64,000 bases of DNA. Origin: Verrucomicrobiota bacterium. GTDB taxonomy: Bacteria > Verrucomicrobiota > Verrucomicrobiia > CAIQCK01. A model generated the notes under the pieces. It had not been told where the DNA came from, ran no database searches, and worked only from the letters and a program-made list of their open reading frames with translations. Shown piece by piece: positions 37,755 through 47,390 of this stretch. The first letter of the stretch is position 1. Every line of letters begins with the position of its first letter. The position numbers and the translations under genes are program-made. Where the stretch lies: positions 419,300 to 483,299 of the forward strand of contig JACRQF010000014.1 of the NCBI GenBank assembly GCA_016222825.1, written 5' to 3'.

Positions 37755-39932
37755 ATGAAAGCGACACCGACTCTCCGCCAACGCCTGCTGACTGAAATGC
37801 CTCTCGAGATTCCAAAGTCAATCAACGGTGTTGGAAACGGCTGCGCTTGGAATTGCCCCTTCGGCGCGCATGCCGGACATCGAGAGGCTTTAGGGCTGAC
37901 TGCTATCATTCTCGCCTTCTTGTTCATTGCGCACGCTCACGCTGCCGAGCCGAAGGAACTGACCAACTCCATCGGCATGAAGCTCGTCCGCATCGAGCCG
38001 GGCAGTTTCCGCATGGGTCAGGACGGACCGCCTGCGGACTATCGGATGAACAAGCATCCCGAGAAGTGCGACGACGCGGACTGGGATGAAAAACCGGCGC
38101 ATCGCGTCACCATCACCGCGGCGTTTCACATCGGCGCAACGGAGGTGACCAACGCGCAGTTCCGCCAGTTCAAGCCGGGCCACAACAGCAGTGGCAAGGA
38201 TGACGAAGCCGTCCACTCTGTGAGCTGGCAAGATGCGGTGAGGTTCTGTGAGTGGCTTTCGACGAATGAAAAGCGGCCCTACCGCCTGCCGACGGAGGCG
38301 GAATGGGAATACGCCTGCCGCGCCGGCACGACGACACCCTTTCACACCGGCGATAGATTGCCGGACGGTTTCCAGAAGTGGCGGGCCAGCGACAAGACGA
38401 AGGACCGTTATTTCAAGGACGGCAAGATGCCGCCGGAGTATCGCGACCTGCCGGCGAAGTCGCCGTTGCGTGTCGGCCAGATGCCCGCGAACGCGTGGGG
38501 TCTTCTCGACATGCACGGCAATGTCGCCGAATGGTGCGCGGATTGGTATGGGCCGTATGAGGCCGGCGACCAGACCGATCCCACGGGCCGTAGCGACGGC
38601 AACTTTCGCATCTTCCGCGGTGGCAGTCATGGCGAGTTTGTGCGCCTGCTGCGTTCCGCTAATCGCAGCGCGTGGCTGCCGGAGACTGCGAACAACAAGA
38701 TCGGTTTTCGCGTCGTGCTGGCAGAGGTGCTGAGAACGAAGCCGCTGCCGCCCGCACCGGCACCGTTGAACGCGCGCGACATCAACCAGCGTGTTCCAGA
38801 GGCATCCAAGTCGAGTAACGAGCCATGCTTTTCAGGCCCAAAGCCCTTCGTCAAAATCGCGCCGAGTTCTTTCGGCCCGATGTTTTCGACCCACAACCAC
38901 AGCCCCGCCATCGCGGAGTGCCCGAACGGCGACCTGCTGGCGGTGTGGTATTCGTGCGTGGACGAGGCCGGCAGCGAACTCTGCGTGCTCGCGAGCCGGC
39001 TGCGGCGTGGCGCGCAGGAGTGGGAACCGGCGTCGCCGTTCTGGGACGGCGCGGATGTGAACGATCACGCGCCGAAGTTGTGGTGGGACGGCGAGCGGAT
39101 GCTCTGGTTCTTCGCGCGCGGCATGAGCGAGAACATCGTCCGCACCTCCACCGACAACGGCGCGACGTGGTCGAAGGCGCGACTGATCCAGCCGTGCGGC
39201 GAGTTTGCCAATGCGCCAATCCGCACGCGCGAGGGTTTCCTCATCATCCCGCAGGACAACCGCGGCACGAGCCTCAATATCAGCCCCGACGGCGGCAAGA
39301 CATGGACGTTTCCCGACGTGAACAAGCGCCTGCACGACTACCGGCCCGGCGGCAAGGGTTTCCGGCTCTCGGGCATCCACAACGGCATCGTCCAACTCGG
39401 CGACGGCCGATTGATGACGATGGGACGGTTCGACCAGGAGGAAGACCAGAAGCGATTCGACTTCCGCACGCCGATTAGTTTCTCCAGCGACTGGGGAGAA
39501 ACTTGGACCTACCAGGCGAGTCCGTTCCCCGCCATCAGCAGTGTGCAGCGGCAGGTGCTGATGCGGCTGCGCGAGGGGCCATTGTTGTTCTGTTCCTTCA
39601 CCGACCAATGGCGCGACTGGAAGAAGCGGAAAGGCATGAGCTTCAAGGACGCCGGTGGCGGGCAGTTCACCGGCTACGGGTTGCTCGCGGCGCTTTCCTA
39701 CGACGACGGCAAAACATGGCCCGTGCAGAGGCTGTTGACACCCGGCGGCACGGCGCGCACGGTCAATGGCATAGACCGCGTCGAATTCACGCTGAGCGAC
39801 ACGATGGCCGAACCGTGCGGCTACCTCGCCGCCTGCCAGACGCGCGACGGCAGCATCCAACTCATCACCAGCAAGAACCACTACGTCTTCAACCTCGCGT
39901 GGCTGAAGGCACTTCCACCGCCACCGCGTTAA
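37755..39932 (+). CDS. FGE-sulfatase (SUMF1-like, non-catalytic) domain fused to a sialidase-like BNR propeller
   Basis: NSIGMKL, EVTNAQF, RLPTEAEWEYACRAG, NAWGLLDMHGNVAEW, GFRVV; then NHSPAI, STDNGATW, SPDGGKTW, SYDDGKTW. Start codon uncertain. Confidence 0.85.
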   Translation: MKATPTLRQRLLTEMPLEIPKSINGVGNGCAWNCPFGAHAGHREALGLTAIILAFLFIAHAHAAEPKELTNSIGMKLVRIEPGSFRMGQDGPPADYRMNKHPEKCDDADWDEKPAHRVTITAAFHIGATEVTNAQFRQFKPGHNSSGKDDEAVHSVSWQDAVRFCEWLSTNEKRPYRLPTEAEWEYACRAGTTTPFHTGDRLPDGFQKWRASDKTKDRYFKDGKMPPEYRDLPAKSPLRVGQMPANAWGLLDMHGNVAEWCADWYGPYEAGDQTDPTGRSDGNFRIFRGGSHGEFVRLLRSANRSAWLPETANNKIGFRVVLAEVLRTKPLPPAPAPLNARDINQRVPEASKSSNEPCFSGPKPFVKIAPSSFGPMFSTHNHSPAIAECPNGDLLAVWYSCVDEAGSELCVLASRLRRGAQEWEPASPFWDGADVNDHAPKLWWDGERMLWFFARGMSENIVRTSTDNGATWSKARLIQPCGEFANAPIRTREGFLIIPQDNRGTSLNISPDGGKTWTFPDVNKRLHDYRPGGKGFRLSGIHNGIVQLGDGRLMTMGRFDQEEDQKRFDFRTPISFSSDWGETWTYQASPFPAISSVQRQVLMRLREGPLLFCSFTDQWRDWKKRKGMSFKDAGGGQFTGYGLLAALSYDDGKTWPVQRLLTPGGTARTVNGIDRVEFTLSDTMAEPCGYLAACQTRDGSIQLITSKNHYVFNLAWLKALPPPPR

Positions 39933-39948
39933 ACGTGAGAACAATCTT

Positions 39949-42900
39949 ATGAGAACAATGATGCTTCACCTTTCGGTAGTTGCGTGGTTGGGCGGCGCGG
40001 TCGTCTGCCCGGCGGCAAACTCCGACATCATCCTTGCGGGCCACGGCTGGTCTCTGGCGCGGCTGGCGGACGGCGAGAAAGCGTTCAGCAACCGGAACTA
40101 CGTTTGGCAGGGCGTGCCGGAGAAGTTTCGCGGCTGGCAGGTCACCCAAACTGCCGGCGGTGAGCGCGCCGAAATCCGTGTGAAGGCGAAGCGCAACACG
40201 ATGCTGTTCGCGGCCACGGTTGCAGCGAAGCAGGCGGGGATTGACCTCGCCGGCTGGAATGCCGCCGCAAATGCCGCGTTCCACTACAGCGACAAGAACA
40301 AGACACCGATGACGGTTTACTGCCGCGCGCTGAAAGCCGGCCAGGAGATCGCGGTGCCGCAGGGCAACTGGGCGGGCATGATGGTGCTGCTGCCGCCGGA
40401 TGGAGCCAACATCGCCGCGCTCGTCGCCTCGGCGCAACCGTTGGAGCGGCTCAAACACAACAACCCCGGCCTCGTCGTGGACCTCGGCGTCGGCCTGTGG
40501 GCGTGGCCGTTGCCGATGGACTTCGACGGTGACGGCGACCTCGACCTTGTCGTCAACTGCCCCGACAAGCCCTACAACGGCGTTTACCTTTTCGAGAACG
40601 CCAGCGGCGACACGGCAAAGAACAAGATGCCGGTGTTCAAGCCCGCGAAGCGCATCAGCAAGGGCCTGCAGAACGTGCAGGTCAGCTACGTGGACGGCAA
40701 GCCGCTCGTGATGTCGCCGGCGATGGAATATCCCGACTTCCTCAAGACCGGCCTCGAAAACGGCGTGAAGCTGCCGTTGCCCCCGAACATCCATCCGAAC
40801 AAAGTCCGCGCGAATATGTGGCGGCAGGTTGACTACGACGGCGACGGCAAGCTCGACATCATCGTCGGCGTCGGCGACTGGACCGAATACGGCTGGGACA
40901 ACGCCTACACACCGAGCGGCACGTGGACCAATGGCCCGCTCCGAGGTTTCGTGTATTGGCTGCGCAACACCGCTGGTAGCTGCCGAGGTAACGAGGCGGA
41001 GCGGGCATCATCGGCCACGAATCCGCCTCCTCACGTCGGCGGCTACGAAGCGCCGGTGAAAGTCATGGCCGGCGGCAAACCGGTCGAGGTCTTCGGCTGG
41101 CCGTCGCCGAACTTCGCCGACTTCGACGGCGACGGCGATCTCGATCTGCTCTGCGGCGAGTTCCTCGACGGATTCACCTACTTCGAGAACATCGGCACGC
41201 GCACCGCGCCGAAATACGCGCCGGGGAGACGGCTGACTTTGCCAGCCGATGCGAAAGGTGTTCCCGCCGCATGGCTGGCGGCGCGCGAAGCGGCGAAACT
41301 CCCGGGCAAACCGCGTCCGCTCACGATGGACTTGGAGATGATTACGCCAACGGCGATTGATTGGGACAAGGACAGCGACCTCGATCTCATCGTCGGCGAC
41401 GAGGATGGCCGCGTCGCGTTCATCGAGAACACCGGCAAGTTCACGGCCGACCACACGCCGCAGTTTCTCCCGCCGCGTTACTTCCGGCAGGAGGCCGACG
41501 ACGTGAAATTCGGCGCGCTGGCGACGCCGTGCGGGTTCGATTGGGACGGCGATGGCGACACCGACATCATCAGCGGCAACACCGCCGGCTACATCGCGTT
41601 CTTCGAGAACCTCAGCGGCCCCGGCGTCGAGAAACCGAAATGGGCCGCGCCGAAGAATCTGCGCGCCGACGGCAAAGCCATCCGCATCATGGCCGGCCCC
41701 AACGGCAGCATCCAAGGCCCGTGCGAGGCGAAGTGGGGTTACACGACGCAAACGGTGGCCGATTGGGACGGCGACGGGCTGCCCGACATCATCGCAAACT
41801 CCATCCTGGGCAAGGTCATTTGGTTCAAAAACGTCGGCACGCGCAAAGCACCGAAGCTCGCCGCCGCGCATCCCGTCGAGGTCGAGTGGGACGGCCCGCA
41901 GCCGACGCTCGCCTACGGCTGGCTGCGACCGAAGGGCAAGGAGTTGCTCACACAATGGCGCACAACGCCGGTCTCGGTGGATTGGAACAAGGACGGCCTC
42001 ACCGACCTCGCGATGCTTGACCACGAAGGCTACCTCGCGTTCTTCGAGCGCGCGCGCCGCGACGGCAAACTCGTGCTGCTCTCGCCGAAGCGCGTCTTCT
42101 GCGACGAGAAAGGCGAGCCGTTGCGCCTCAACGCCGGTATCGCAGGCCGCAGCGGACGGCGCAAGCTTTGCATCACGGACTGGGACGGTGACGGCAAGCT
42201 CGACATCCTCGCCAACGCCGCCAATGCGAAGTTCTACCGCCAGGTCGGCGCGCACGACGGCAAATGGCTCTTCAAGGACATGGGCCTGCTGGTGGAGCAG
42301 AACATCGAAGGCCACGACGTCAGCCCGACCGTCGTGGACTTCAACGGCGACAAAATCCCCGACTTCCTCGGTGGCGCTGAAGACGGACGGTTTTACTATT
42401 TGCGGAATCCACGAACCACAGCGCCACCCGATCTCACCAAACAACCCGGCTATCTACGCGGCGAGTTCATCTACGAAACCGCGCCGTTCCCGAGCTGCCA
42501 TGCCTCAACGATCGTCGAAGCAAAGGATGGCGGGGTGGTCGCGGCGTGGTTCGGTGGCACGCATGAGAAGCATCCCGATGTCTGCATCTGGGTCTCGCGC
42601 CACCTTGGTGGCAAATGGACCGCGCCTGTCGAGGTCGCCAACGGCGTGCAACCCGACGGCACGCGGCATCCGACTTGGAACCCGGTGCTGTTTCAGCCGC
42701 GCAACGCGCCACTGATGCTGTTTTACAAAGTGGGGCCGAATCCCGAACAATGGTGGGGCGAACTCAAGACCTCCGACGACGGCGGCAAGACCTGGAGCGC
42801 CGCGCGGAAGTTGCCGGACGGTTTCCTCGGCCCCATCAAGAACAAACCCGTGCAGTTGCCGAACGGCGACATCCTTTGCCCGACGAGCACCGAGACCCAC

Positions 42901-44574
42901 GAGCGGCCGAGCAAATGGCTGGTCCACTTCGAGCGCACAGGCGACCTCGGTAAGACGTGGCAGAAGATCGGCCCGGTGAACGATGGTGTGAAGATCCAAG
43001 CCATCCAGCCTAGCGTCCTGTTCCTCGGCGGGGACAAACTGCTCGCGCTCGGCCGCTCACGCCAGGACCGCGTCTTTGAGGTCCGCTCCGACGACGGCGG
43101 CAAGACTTGGGGGCCGATGACGCTCGGCTCGCTGCCCAACAACAACTCCGGCACCGACGCCGTGACGCTCAAGGACGGCCGCCACCTCATCGTTTACAAC
43201 CACATCGGCGGCACGCCGGGCAAGTGGGGCGGCAAACGCACGCCGCTCAACGTCGCCGTGTCGAAGGATGCCCGGACGTGGCACGCCGCGCTGGTTCTCG
43301 AAAGCGATCCCGGCGAATACAGCTATCCCGCGTGCATCCAGACCAGCGACAGCCTCGTCCACATCACCTACACGTGGAAACGCCAGAAGGTGAAACACGT
43401 CGTCGTGGACCCGGCGAAGCTCGTGGCGCGGCCGATGGTCAACAGCGAGTGGCCCGCGGCGGGCGAAACCAAACGCAATCCGCTCACCAACGGCGCGGAA
43501 TGGAAGAACGACCGGCCCGTCTCGCTGCCCGGCGCGATGCGGCCGAAGGTGGAAAGCGTGCTCATCTACCAGCCGACGACCGAGTGGACCTACTCGCACC
43601 ACCAGAGCATCACGTTCTTCAAGGGTCGCTTCTACGCCATCTGGTCGAACGGCCGGCAGGATGAGGACGCGCCCGGACAGCGCGTGCTCATGGCCTCATC
43701 GGCAGATTTCAAAACATGGACGACGCCGAAGCCACTCGTGGATTCCGTGACGGAGAAAGGCGTCGAGCGCGTGCTCACGGCGGCGGGTTTCCATCAGCAC
43801 GACGGCACGCTCGTGGCCTACTTCGGCAACTACGGGCCGAACAAGGAGACGACGCATTTGCAGGCCGTCACCACGACCGATGGCGAACATTGGAGTGCCG
43901 TGCGCGAGATGGGCGTCCCGGTCAATCCCAACCACGGCCCGCAGCGCACCGCGTCGGGACGGCTCATCATTGCCGGCAACATCTCGTTCCCCTACACCGA
44001 CGACCCGGCCGGCCTCGCTGGCTGGAAAATGACCGGCATCTATCCGAAGGCGATGGCCGCGACGATCAAGGACGACCCCGCGTCGTTCTGGGAGGTGGCG
44101 AAGCATCAAGGCTGGTCTGCGGCGCTTTGCGAAGGCTCGTTTTACCAGACAGATGACGGCGTGCTGCACATGCCGTTGCGCAACACCGCGAAGCTGAACG
44201 CGCGCCGTCTCTGGCTCACCGAGAGCCGCGACAACGGCGCGACGTGGGCCACGCCCGTCGAGACGGAGTTCAGCGACACCAACGCCAAGTTCCACTTCGG
44301 CCGCCTGCCCGACGGCCGCTTCTACTACATCGGCAATCCTGTCGGCGGCGGCCGCACACCGCTGGCGCTCTCGCTCTCGCGCGACGGCGTGAAGTTCGAC
44401 CGCCACTTCATTCTCGGCGAGACGCACTACGAGTCGCGCCGGAAGGGTCGCTGGAAAGGCGGCGAATACGGCTACCCCCACAGCATCATCCACGACGGCC
44501 ACCTCTACGCGATTGTCTCGCGCCAAAAGGAAGCGGTGGAAGTGCTGCGCGTGGCGCTGCCGGAGTTGAAGTAA
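39949..44574 (+). CDS. Large secreted protein: unnamed module + FG-GAP/VCBS propeller + two sialidase-like BNR domains
   Basis: About eight DxDGDGxxD repeats; CHASTIVE, SDDGGKTW (x2), EYSYP; second propeller YSHHQSI...SRDNGATW...YGYPHS. Confidence 0.85.
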   Translation: MRTMMLHLSVVAWLGGAVVCPAANSDIILAGHGWSLARLADGEKAFSNRNYVWQGVPEKFRGWQVTQTAGGERAEIRVKAKRNTMLFAATVAAKQAGIDLAGWNAAANAAFHYSDKNKTPMTVYCRALKAGQEIAVPQGNWAGMMVLLPPDGANIAALVASAQPLERLKHNNPGLVVDLGVGLWAWPLPMDFDGDGDLDLVVNCPDKPYNGVYLFENASGDTAKNKMPVFKPAKRISKGLQNVQVSYVDGKPLVMSPAMEYPDFLKTGLENGVKLPLPPNIHPNKVRANMWRQVDYDGDGKLDIIVGVGDWTEYGWDNAYTPSGTWTNGPLRGFVYWLRNTAGSCRGNEAERASSATNPPPHVGGYEAPVKVMAGGKPVEVFGWPSPNFADFDGDGDLDLLCGEFLDGFTYFENIGTRTAPKYAPGRRLTLPADAKGVPAAWLAAREAAKLPGKPRPLTMDLEMITPTAIDWDKDSDLDLIVGDEDGRVAFIENTGKFTADHTPQFLPPRYFRQEADDVKFGALATPCGFDWDGDGDTDIISGNTAGYIAFFENLSGPGVEKPKWAAPKNLRADGKAIRIMAGPNGSIQGPCEAKWGYTTQTVADWDGDGLPDIIANSILGKVIWFKNVGTRKAPKLAAAHPVEVEWDGPQPTLAYGWLRPKGKELLTQWRTTPVSVDWNKDGLTDLAMLDHEGYLAFFERARRDGKLVLLSPKRVFCDEKGEPLRLNAGIAGRSGRRKLCITDWDGDGKLDILANAANAKFYRQVGAHDGKWLFKDMGLLVEQNIEGHDVSPTVVDFNGDKIPDFLGGAEDGRFYYLRNPRTTAPPDLTKQPGYLRGEFIYETAPFPSCHASTIVEAKDGGVVAAWFGGTHEKHPDVCIWVSRHLGGKWTAPVEVANGVQPDGTRHPTWNPVLFQPRNAPLMLFYKVGPNPEQWWGELKTSDDGGKTWSAARKLPDGFLGPIKNKPVQLPNGDILCPTSTETHERPSKWLVHFERTGDLGKTWQKIGPVNDGVKIQAIQPSVLFLGGDKLLALGRSRQDRVFEVRSDDGGKTWGPMTLGSLPNNNSGTDAVTLKDGRHLIVYNHIGGTPGKWGGKRTPLNVAVSKDARTWHAALVLESDPGEYSYPACIQTSDSLVHITYTWKRQKVKHVVVDPAKLVARPMVNSEWPAAGETKRNPLTNGAEWKNDRPVSLPGAMRPKVESVLIYQPTTEWTYSHHQSITFFKGRFYAIWSNGRQDEDAPGQRVLMASSADFKTWTTPKPLVDSVTEKGVERVLTAAGFHQHDGTLVAYFGNYGPNKETTHLQAVTTTDGEHWSAVREMGVPVNPNHGPQRTASGRLIIAGNISFPYTDDPAGLAGWKMTGIYPKAMAATIKDDPASFWEVAKHQGWSAALCEGSFYQTDDGVLHMPLRNTAKLNARRLWLTESRDNGATWATPVETEFSDTNAKFHFGRLPDGRFYYIGNPVGGGRTPLALSLSRDGVKFDRHFILGETHYESRRKGRWKGGEYGYPHSIIHDGHLYAIVSRQKEAVEVLRVALPELK
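40976..41046. repeat. GTAG-type REP-like palindrome inside a coding sequence
   Basis: GTAGCTGCCGAGGTAACGAGGCGGA ... TCCGCCTCCTCACGTCGGCGGCTAC: 25-nt arms, 21/25 complementary, 21-nt spacer. Confidence 0.85.
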
Positions 44575-44599
44575 TCAACTGACCCATCGGAGAAATCGA

Positions 44600-45988
44600 A
44601 TGAACCGGTTTAGTCGCAGAGACACGATCAAGGGCCTCGCTTTGGGTGCGGTGGCAGGACTTGGCACACCGTTTGGTTTCGCCGCCGAAAAGGAAACAAA
44701 ACGAACGCGACAACCAGAGCAATGGCCGGCGGTGGACGTGCTGGTCTGCGGCGGCGGGCCGGCGGGCATCGGCGCGGCGTTGATGGCGGCGCGCGCGGGC
44801 CGGAAGACGCTGCTCGTGGAACGCTACGGCAGGTTCGGCGGCATGGCAGTGCAGGCGATGGTGGGACCGCTTATGGGCAGCGTCCGCAGCACCATCGTGG
44901 ACGAAATCCTCAAGCACATCGGTGGACGCAACGTGGACTACGAGTTCATTGACCTGAAATACGCCGAGCTTCTCCAGAAGGCCGGTTGCGAAATCCTGCT
45001 GCACGCGTGGATCGTGGAGCCGCTGCTCGACGGCAAGCGCGTGACTGGCGCGCGACTGCTGACGAAACAGGGGATGATTGATGTGAAGGCGCGGATCACG
45101 GTGGACGCCACGGGGGACGGCGACGTGGCCTTCGGCGCAGGCGCGGAATACGACCAAGGCCGCGGCGCGGGGCCGAACTGGGCCGCCGATGGCCTGCTCC
45201 AGCCGATGACCATCATGTTCCGCGTCGCGGGCGTGAATCACAAGGAAACGATGGAGGCCAATCGGGGGCGCAAGGCATTTCGTTTCCCGGACGGCCGGAC
45301 ATGGAACCAACTCTGCAAGGACGCCAACGCTAAGGGCGAGTTGCCGCCGACGGTCGGCATGGTGCGCACCTACGCGTCACGGCGACAGGACGAGCGCGTC
45401 ATCAATGCCGTGCAGGTCAACCGCGTGGATGGCACGAAAGTTCGCGACCTGACACATGCCGAGTTCGAAGGTCGCCGTCAAGTGCAACCCATCGTCGAGT
45501 TCCTCAAGAAGAATGCGCCGGGTTTCCAAAACGCCTACGTAAGCGGGATGCCTGCCATCATCGGCGCGCGCGAAACGCGGCGCATCCGCGGCGTCGAGTC
45601 GCTCGCGGTAGAAGACCTTTTCGCAGGCCGGAAGTGGCCGAATGCGGTCGTGCGCGGCGTGTCGTTCCCGATAGACATCCACAACCCCGACGGCATCGGC
45701 CAGGCGCAGGGCGTCTCCGCCGCGCACCCGCTCGGCAAAGACCCCGTCGTGAAGCCTTACGACATCCCGTATGGCTGCCTCGTGCCTCGTAGCGCGAACG
45801 GCCTGCTGGTCGCGGGCCGGTGCATCAGCGGCAGCCACGAAGCGATGGCCTCCTATCGCGTGCAGGTCATTGCGATGGGCACTGGTGTCGCAGCCGGCGT
45901 TGCCGCTGCCGAGGCGGCGCAGAAGAACATCGAGCCGCGCGATGTGGAGGTTGGCAAGATACAGAGCGTTGTGTTTGAAGAGGTGTGA
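44600..45988 (+). CDS. Tat-exported FAD-dependent oxidoreductase (FAD_oxidored-type)
   Basis: SRRDTIKG; DVLVCGGGPAG, VDATGDGD, RETRRI, IPYGCLVP, LLVAGRCIS. Confidence 0.88.
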   Translation: MNRFSRRDTIKGLALGAVAGLGTPFGFAAEKETKRTRQPEQWPAVDVLVCGGGPAGIGAALMAARAGRKTLLVERYGRFGGMAVQAMVGPLMGSVRSTIVDEILKHIGGRNVDYEFIDLKYAELLQKAGCEILLHAWIVEPLLDGKRVTGARLLTKQGMIDVKARITVDATGDGDVAFGAGAEYDQGRGAGPNWAADGLLQPMTIMFRVAGVNHKETMEANRGRKAFRFPDGRTWNQLCKDANAKGELPPTVGMVRTYASRRQDERVINAVQVNRVDGTKVRDLTHAEFEGRRQVQPIVEFLKKNAPGFQNAYVSGMPAIIGARETRRIRGVESLAVEDLFAGRKWPNAVVRGVSFPIDIHNPDGIGQAQGVSAAHPLGKDPVVKPYDIPYGCLVPRSANGLLVAGRCISGSHEAMASYRVQVIAMGTGVAAGVAAAEAAQKNIEPRDVEVGKIQSVVFEEV

Positions 45989-46128
45989 CAGGGCGTTTGC
46001 AGGACTCGCCGCTGGCAGTGGCCGCGTGACCTGTCGCTTTCTTTCTGTCGCGGGTGACGATGGTTTGCTTGGCAGGCCGCCTCGGAGTGGCGGGCTAGCT
46101 AAGATTCGGTGCGACTCCGCCGCGCCGC

Positions 46129-47355
46129 CTATTTCGCGCCGACGCAGTAGAGCGCGCAGTTGGAGCGCAGGTAAATCCGGCCGGCAATGGGAGCGATGGA
46201 GGCGCGGAACAACTCGCCGGCGCGGTCGCCGATGGAGTTGCGGGCTACGAGGTCGAACTTGGGGCCGGGCTTGATGACGAGGGTTTCGCCGGACTCGGTG
46301 TTAAGGTAGATGAGGCCGTTGGACTCGACGGGCGAGGCGGTGTAGGCGCCGGGAATCTTTTCCGTCCAGAGGACTTTGCCAGTGCGGGCTTCGTAGGTGG
46401 TGGCGTTGCCCTTCATGTCTATGGCGAAAAGGTAATCGCTGACGACGATGGGCGAGGGAATGTCCCGGACCTTGGGGCGCGGGGTGTGCCAGACGCGGTG
46501 AGTCTCGCTCACGTCGCCGGAGCCGCCGGGACGGACGGCGTAGATGTCGCCTGCTTTGCCGTTGAGGACGTAGAGCAAGCCGTGCGCGAAGTCTGGCACC
46601 GGCTCGCCGCGGCCGTTGAAACCGTTGCAGTGCCAGAGCAGCTTGCCGGAGGCGGGATCGTAGGCGTCGAGGCCCTGCTCGCTGTTGACGACGAGTTCGG
46701 ATCGCTTGCCGGCCTGGATTTCAATCGGCGTGCTCCAGCCGCCCATCGGTTTCTCGCCCCGCGGCGTGCGCCAGACGATCTTGCCTGTTTTCTTGTCGAG
46801 TGCGGCGATGAAGGACGCGCCCTGCGCGTCGCAGTTCTGGATGACGAGATTGCCGGAGAAGACCGGCGAGGCGGCGCTGCCCCACGGGCCGGCGAATTCG
46901 CCCAGCGACTGCGACCAGAGCGGTTTGCCGTTGAAGTCGAAACAATGGATGCCGCCGCGCCCGAAGAACGCGATGACGCGCTCGCCGTCGGTGAGGCAAC
47001 TCGGCGTGGCGAAGCCGTTCATGTTGTGCGATTTGCCGGGCGCTTCGCAGGGGATTGCCTTCTCCCAGAGGAGCTTGCCGCTGCGCATGTCGAGGGCGAG
47101 CACGAGGCGCGTGGAGCCTTTGTCGGCGGCAGCGGTGAGGAAGATGCGGTCGCCCCAGTTGACGGGCGAGGAGAACCCTTCGCCTTTCAACTCGGCGCGC
47201 CAGAGGACATTCTCGGCGCTCCACTTGGTCGGCAGCGCCGCCCCGGTATGATGGCCGGTGCCTGTGGGGCCGCGGAAACGGGGCCAGTTTTCGGCCGCGC
47301 CTGAGGTCAGCGTGAGCGCGAGGCCAAGACAGAGAACGAGAGGTGAGTATTTCAT
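46129..47355 (-). CDS. PQQ-binding-like (BamB-type) beta-propeller, secreted
   Basis: Start MKYSPL at 47355; NWPRFRGP, SSPV, GKLLW/GKIVW repeats, ASP motifs. Confidence 0.88.
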   Translation of the reverse strand: MKYSPLVLCLGLALTLTSGAAENWPRFRGPTGTGHHTGAALPTKWSAENVLWRAELKGEGFSSPVNWGDRIFLTAAADKGSTRLVLALDMRSGKLLWEKAIPCEAPGKSHNMNGFATPSCLTDGERVIAFFGRGGIHCFDFNGKPLWSQSLGEFAGPWGSAASPVFSGNLVIQNCDAQGASFIAALDKKTGKIVWRTPRGEKPMGGWSTPIEIQAGKRSELVVNSEQGLDAYDPASGKLLWHCNGFNGRGEPVPDFAHGLLYVLNGKAGDIYAVRPGGSGDVSETHRVWHTPRPKVRDIPSPIVVSDYLFAIDMKGNATTYEARTGKVLWTEKIPGAYTASPVESNGLIYLNTESGETLVIKPGPKFDLVARNSIGDRAGELFRASIAPIAGRIYLRSNCALYCVGAK

Positions 47356-47390
47356 AGCTGCTTCAACTTCCAACCACGGCGAGTTGCTTT

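Noticed and set aside
37960-38730. Formylglycine-generating enzyme for the nearby sulfatases
   Set aside because: Catalytic Cys pair absent and the domain is fused to a BNR propeller.
46129-47355. bamB or a PQQ dehydrogenase
   Set aside because: No lipobox, no bam context and too short for a quinoprotein; a generic PVC-expanded propeller.
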